A DNA stretch of 64,000 bases from Bigelowiella natans CCMP2755 (Eukaryota; Protista; Cercozoa). The DNA lies in the NCBI GenBank assembly GCA_000320545.1, contig ADNK01001949.1, forward strand, positions 54,845-118,844. The letters run 5' to 3'. The notes beneath the pieces were generated by a model, which did no database searches, was not told the origin of the DNA, and worked only from the letters and a program-made list of their open reading frames with translations. Position 1 is the first letter of the stretch, and each line of letters begins with the position of its first letter. Shown here in pieces: positions 63,329 to 64,000 of the stretch. The position numbers and the translations under genes are program-made.

Positions 63329-63730
63329 TCACTCTGCATTAGGAATATGCTTTACGAAGCATATATTATTTGTAATACATTACCATCGTCATCATTATTG
63401 TTGTTCGTGCTCATCATCAGCTCAATGATATACGGGTTCCTAACACACGTCGACATGGGCATCAATCATGTAAAGACACACGTTCGCGTTTAATGACCGT
63501 GCAGCCAACCGTTGAGACCTCTATCCACCGCATAATCATATACCCTATTGTTTTCTTTCTCTTTTCTTTGGGTGGTTACCCTTCTTTCTCCAATTTAACT
63601 TGCACTGTCGCCCTTGCTTCTATCCCCCTTCCCTTCCGGAAATCCTTCTCAATACGTTTTTTTTTCACACCTCTGTACTCTGTGCAAAGAGAAAGAGAGA
63701 TGCGGAAAGGGCAAACATACACACACACAC

Positions 63731-63771
<41 letters not shown>

Positions 63772-64000
63772 CATTGCTGTATCCTAATGTGAAGAAGAAC
63801 TCCTCCGTAATGACTAGTCAATATATACAACTCTTTCAGGAAGATGTAGCTTTGCTGTCGTGGCCAATGCACGGTATGGGCGAAGATGATACAGCATAAA
63901 AATTGGTGCTTTGGACGAATCTTGACTATCCTTCATCCGTTTCCCTTATGATCGACGATGTTTGCCAGCACACCATTGGGAAATGGTGCTCTGAAAGGAT
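61050..64000 (+). CDS. AMP-binding (adenylate-forming) enzyme, acyl-CoA synthetase-like, multi-exon, 3' end off window; start uncertain
   Basis: WLCLHSS(G) | TTGAPKGVLRSQ is the AMP-binding P-loop (62820-63155). Upstream exons VYAACGMAGVVCAP, EMSAVFSNSKPK | VVFVEE; downstream EDVALLSWPMHG. Confidence 0.8.

Overview
Intron-rich eukaryotic nuclear DNA. A nucleus-encoded plastid ribosomal protein L34 with a bipartite signal+transit leader suggests an alga with a secondary plastid; chlorarachniophyte-like is my inference. About ten spliced host genes can be read: a BPI/LBP lipid-binding protein, a PTEN-like phosphatase, a syntaxin, a hypothetical EF-hand-like protein, a DPP-IV-family peptidase, plastid rpl34, a hypothetical protein, a 2OG-Fe(II) oxygenase, a UBL-domain protein and an AMP-binding enzyme. 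There is also an ~11 kb decayed Sola2-like DNA-transposon block, apparently inside a PTEN intron, and an intact Ty3/gypsy LTR retrotransposon with identical LTRs. The main signal is a region-restricted mutational signature. The transposon block has lost essentially all TpA dinucleotides: none seen by eye over ~8.3 kb, no Tyr in any listed ORF there, and conserved Tyr replaced by Cys/His. Smaller intergenic islands keep TpA mostly as CTAG. This looks like a TpA->TpG/CpA (A:T->G:C) hypermutation of repeats, the mirror image of fungal RIP. Second, the young gypsy element sits inside such an island, is itself unmutated, and ends in a degenerate Dam-like N6-adenine methyltransferase-type domain where chromoviruses carry a chromodomain. 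Exon boundaries and counts were read by eye and are approximate.
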